DNA of 64,000 bases from Chrysemys picta bellii (lineage: Eukaryota): the NCBI RefSeq assembly GCF_011386835.1, contig NC_088793.1, forward strand, positions 147,870,001-147,934,000, in the 5' to 3' direction. The notes under the pieces were generated by a model. It did not search any database. It was not told the DNA's origin and was given only the letters and a program-made list of their open reading frames with translations. Every line of letters begins with the position of its first letter. Position 1 is the stretch's first letter. Positions 58,795 through 64,000 of this stretch are shown here, in pieces. The position numbers and the translations under genes are program-made.

Positions 58795-59905
58795 TTCATA
58801 GATTTTAAGGCCAGAAAGGACCACTGTGATCACCTCTTCTGACCTCCTTGGTAACACAGGCCATAGAACCTCACCCACTGATTCCTGCAGCAAGCCCCTC
58901 ACTTCTGGTTGAGCTAGAATATATCTTCTAGACAGACAGACAGTCTACCTGTAAAGACCGCAAGTGATGGACAATCCTCCACATTCCTAGGTACGTTTTT
59001 TCCTCCCAATGGTTTATTACCCTCACTGTTCAAAATTTGCACCTTATTTCTAGTCTGAATTTGACTTCATTGAGCTTCAGCTCCAACCAGTGGATCTTGT
59101 TATGACTTTTCCTGCGAGATTAGAGAGGCAGCTACTATCAGAAATCTCTTCCCATGTAGGTACTTGAAGGTGGACTGTGATGAAGTTCTCTCACTATCAG
59201 GCATGCTTTCAAGACCTTGAATCATTCTTGTTGCTTTCTACTGAATGCTTTCCAATTTGTAAACATCCTTCTCCATTTACAATTACTCTTTGCAAGCCAT
59301 TAGTTAATCATTTTTTAAATCCATTTAATATGGGTCACGTTGATGTTTGTATAGTGCTACATTTTTTAAATCAAAATGTCACATGGGACTGAGGCCTTGT
59401 CTACCCTGCCACTGTACAGTGCTGAAACTGTCTCGCTCAGGGGTGTGAAAAAACACTCCCCCAAGCAATGCAAGTTTCAGTGCTGTACAGTGGCAGTGTA
59501 GACAGTGCACCAGTGGTGGGAGCCACTCCCCTCATGGGGTTGGGTTTTTTTTACAGCGCTGGTGCCACGACTACACAGCCATGTTAAAGCGCTTTAACGT
59601 TGGTAGTAAAGACGTACCCTAAGTTAAATATGCTTTGCAGAAACCTGTTATCTCAACACAGTTACCTTTGTCAACCAAACTTGTGATCTTATCCAATTAT
59701 ACCAAGTTTCTTTGACAAGATCTATTTGTCATAAAACCATGTTGTTTGGCATTGCTTACATGACCATCTTTTAGGTCTTTACTGACTGCACCCCATATCA
59801 GTCTTTCCATGTTTTGCCTAAGATTGCTGTCAGGTTAACCAGCTTATAGCTTCCCTGGTCATTCAGTTTACCCTTCTTAAATGTTGGCAATCAACTTTTT
59901 TCAAG
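58795..59905 (-). mobile_element. Old CR1 LINE (antisense), interrupted by a Harbinger-like MITE at ~59394-59620
   Basis: Reverse complement of the CR1 3' end (TCATAGATTTTAAGGCCAGAAAGGACCACTGTGATC). Decayed RT motif GSYKLVNLT (cf. GNYRPVSLT) near 59835-59860. Confidence 0.65.
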
Positions 59906-60471
59906 TCTTCTTGAAAATTACAGGTAAGGGAGATTGGGACCAGGGGTGGAAGCAGAAGAGGGAATGCAGGGGTATGAGGAGAAGAGATGGTGGAAGGGAA
60001 ACACAGGGGATGGTACTTGGAATAAAGTTGCTGAGGTGTTAAGGAGTCCCTAGGATTTTGAGTTACAAGGGAATTGGCTACTAGTGGGGCCCCCAAGAAT
60101 TGAGGAGGAGGGGTGGGGTACCAGGAAAAATCCTTAAGAGATTTGAGGCATCGGGGATAGGGCACAGGAATTCCTGGATAGTGGGGTGAGTGGGGAATTG
60201 GGGTGTCAAGAGTTGGACTAGCATGGGAACTTACAAGTAGTGGGGTGTCAGGGTCCCAGGGGATACCTCAGTAGTGGGGTGACAGGGTACCTGGGGATAT
60301 AAGGAGCTTCCCGGGTATTGGGGTGAGAGGGAGAACTGGGGCATCTGTGCATGGTGGGGAAAGGGCTGCAGGGAGACAAAATACCAGGAGCCGCAGCAAT
60401 CTCCGGCCCTGCAAAGCCAGCCCGGCCCTTTTAAGGCGGAGGGAGACGGGGGCCGGGCCGGGCTCAGCCCC

Positions 60472-60477
60472 TATATA
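60472..60477 (+). promoter_or_regulatory. HSP90AB1: HSP90AB1 TATA box
   Basis: TATATA in a GC-box-rich CpG island, ~30 nt before a pyrimidine tract and ~105 nt before a GTAAGG donor. Confidence 0.85.
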
Positions 60478-60499
60478 GGGCGGGCGGAGGCGGCCCCGT

Positions 60500-60580
60500 T
60501 TTCTCTCTCTCCCGGCCGCGCCGCAGTCCCCGCACCAGGGACCGAGCCCGCTCCTGCCCGATCTCCCGCTACCCGTCACG
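60500..60580 (+). other. HSP90AB1: HSP90AB1 non-coding exon 1 (TSS approximate)
   Basis: Ends ACG|GTAAGG. The next exon begins directly with ATG, as in mammalian HSP90AB1. Confidence 0.8.
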
Positions 60581-60726
60581 GTAAGGGTGGCCGGGGGCCT
60601 GGCCCGGCGCGGGCGGGCGGGCTCGGCCCCGGGCTCGGCCCCGGCAGGGGTGGGGGGCGCCGCGCCCCGCACGGGGGGCGCCGGGGTGGGGGGCGCACGT
60701 GGCTCCGCTGGGCGCTGCCATGTTGA

Positions 60727-61338
<612 letters not shown>

Positions 61339-61925
61339 TAGTGACGAAAGGGCCCTGTATGGTGCTTTGGCCCTGCCCTAGATGACCCATCCTTAAGGGG
61401 GGTTCTGTCTCCCTGCCTTTGTCCTAAGATTGCCAGCGAGGGGGCTTGTTAATGCCAGATGTGCTGGTGGTCACCTGCCTTTAGGAAAGGGTTGGAGAGC
61501 CCCAAATAATCCCTCTCTTCTCTCCTGCCACCTGCACGCTCTCAATGGAGTAGTAGATCAGTATTCCCATAGCTCCTGGCAGGAGCAGAAGATGCAGCTC
61601 TGCTGGCAGTGGCCCCTATCCCCTAGTTTCGTTTCTGCTGCCCTTGGAGGAGCTGGCATTTGGTGTCACCTGTTTGTTTCTAGGCATTCTCTCTGCCCTG
61701 CATGCTGTTCTGAGGGGGTAGCCGTGGTGCGTCTCTCAAGTAGGGCCTCTTGTTTTGCCCTCTGGAAGGGTTTGAGTGAAGCCAGAGCTTTTGTGGCAGA
61801 TCTGTGCCATGATGATGCTATCACGAAAGTCCATGGGCCTCACTGCCCAAAGCAGGGAGCGTACAGGATCCATGGAGCGGCTGAATGATGGGTGAGCATT
61901 GCTAACTGTCTCTGTCCTCCCCTAG

Positions 61926-62156
<231 letters not shown>

Positions 62157-62486
62157 TAGAGCGCTTGGACCCCTTGTGGGCCTGGGCATCTAGTGGGCTC
62201 ATGTCCTCCACAGAGCCTTGCGACTTCAACACTCAGTAGTTGGCTAAGAGATGACCCCTTTCTGGGCCTGTGTTCTCTCAGGAGCAGCCTGCAGTGCTTT
62301 TGGCTTGTCCATGTGTTCCTGCACAGAGAGGAGGTGATGCTGCCCTGCCTTGTCCCTGTCTGTATTTGTGGCCTTATCTCTGTGTGTTGGCGCTTGGCCC
62401 AGCTCTCTGCTATTGGGACACACCTGGCTGTATCACAGACATCACCTGTCTCTTGCTCTTCTCACCCATTCTCCTTCCTCTTGCAG

Positions 62487-62646
62487 GCTGGCGCTGATAT
62501 CTCTATGATTGGGCAGTTTGGCGTGGGCTTCTACTCCGCCTACCTGGTGGCCGAAAAGGTTGTAGTCATTTCCAAACACAATGACGACGAGCAGTATGCC
62601 TGGGAGTCATCGGCAGGGGGCTCCTTCACTGTCAAATCCGATCATG
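62487..62646 (+). CDS. HSP90AB1: HSP90-beta exon 4 ([25 protein letters not shown]...GSFTVKSDH)
   Basis: TTGCAG| acceptor, |GTATGG donor, 160 nt. Confidence 0.97.
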
Positions 62647-63262
62647 GTATGGACTGTGGCGATAGGGTCTGCAGGGAATCAGCCATCCCTTTCCCCTCTG
62701 TCTGCCAAGGGGTCCCAGAGAGAGGGGTCCGTATAGAGTTAATCACCCCCCTCCCACCCTGTCGGCCACAAATCCCAGAGAGGGGTCTGTGGGGAACCAG
62801 CCATGTCCCTCCCACCCAGTCTGTCATGGGGGCCCCCAGAGTGGTTTGAGGTGGCTGGTGACAAGATGGTATGGAGGGATGAGGTGTTGTAGTCTGTAGC
62901 TGTCACTTGATGGGGAAGCTAGGGGGAGAGGGTCCAGGCTCATGGGATCATATGTGGAGCTTAAGTGACTTGTCAGCTTGGATTAGGTCCCAGGCCTAAG
63001 CTGTAGGAGCTGGGGGAGGAAGTGCCCCTCAGTGCTACCCAAAACCATGGTCTAAGCCTGGTGCTGGGCCAGTGGTAGCTGTGGGTCTGTCCTCCCTGCT
63101 CATGGATGCGTTTTCTGACCTTGGTTCTCGTTAGAAACACTGTGATGATCCTCCCTTTAGTTTAGCTGTGGGGTGTACCTGGCATTGGCATGAGATCTGC
63201 AGAGTGAGCTCTGTCCAGTGCCTGTGGCCAGTAATGCCACTGCCTCTCTCCTGATGTCACAG

Positions 63263-63396
63263 GCGAGCCCATCGGGCGCGGCACCAAGGTGATCCTGTAC
63301 TTGAAGGAGGATCAGACAGAATACCTTGAGGAGCGGCGGGTCAAGGAGGTGGTGAAGAAGCACTCCCAGTTCATCGGCTACCCCATCACCCTTTAT
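63263..63396 (+). CDS. HSP90AB1: HSP90-beta exon 5 ([44 protein letters not shown]); gene continues beyond the window
   Basis: CACAG| acceptor, |GTACGT donor, 134 nt. Confidence 0.97.
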
Positions 63397-64000
63397 GTAC
63401 GTATGTGAGAGATGGTGGGACCCATGGGAAGACCAGATGGAGCATAGGGGGAGGCCCAAGCTGAGAATGGGGAAAGGATGGTACATTCCACCTTGAGCCT
63501 TCCCATCTGCACATGGGTGTGCATGTAAGAGACAGTGATGGGCTTTACCAGGCTCTGGAGGCAAGGGCTGTGCACTTATTCTGCTGCTGCAGGAGTTGGC
63601 CAGCAGAATGGTACAAGGGTGGGAACTAGTTCAATGCTGCTAGGGGGTGGAGATCACCGAAAGGGTGTACTGCATAGTCAGACTCGCACCCCTAAAATCT
63701 GTACAGGCACCTTGGGCCATTGCCTAAACTACCAGGCGAGGGACTGGGGCTGGAACTTCACCTACATGGGCCTCTATTGCATGAGCTATGGGAGGTCTCA
63801 CCAGCTGGTGGTAGCTATAGATCCTTTATCCTCTTTGTCAGCCCAGCCACTGGAAGGCACCATGTGCGAAATTTGAACCAGTGCTTTACCTGCAGTGCAT
63901 CACTGCAATGTTTAGCCTTTGCATGGTGCCCATCAGACTGAAACTCCCATCTCCCTTGGGGCAACGGAGTCTCTGTCACTGCTCCGATCTGCTTGCCTGT

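Noticed and set aside
59908-59920. TTCTTGAAAATTA as a heat-shock element
   Set aside because: Only two perfect pentamers, at the edge of a decayed CR1 and ~560 bp from the TATA box.

Overview
Vertebrate genomic DNA, most likely a turtle (inferred from the CR1, Harbinger/hAT/Tigger MITE and Penelope-derived repeat families; species cannot be determined). Two protein-coding genes lie on the + strand in the same order as human 6p21.1. (1) A complete SLC29A1/ENT1 gene: probable CpG-island first exon ending at 16500, a ~19.7 kb first intron, and 12 coding exons (36301-47857) that splice by GT-AG into 1371 nt = 456 aa + stop. (2) The 5' part of HSP90AB1: TATA box at 60472, non-coding exon 1, and coding exons 2-5 (61048-63396), running off the window end. 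The rest is intronic or intergenic DNA with CR1 LINE fragments, a solo LTR with a 5-bp TSD, three hAT MITEs with 8-bp TSDs (one nested in a ~70-bp minisatellite), many Harbinger-like MITEs, MIR-like SINEs, two Penelope-type fold-back elements and a 184-N assembly gap. Best leads: minimal hammerhead-ribozyme folds in both fold-back elements, one on the sense strand just downstream of SLC29A1; an Ile at HSP90-beta position 43, equivalent to the yeast-numbered L34I radicicol-resistance change; a MEF2/TATA + E-box candidate muscle promoter inside SLC29A1 intron 1; a decayed coding-like antisense block in the same intron; and no intact myomixer (MYMX) ORF found where synteny predicts one. All calls were made by eye without database searches.
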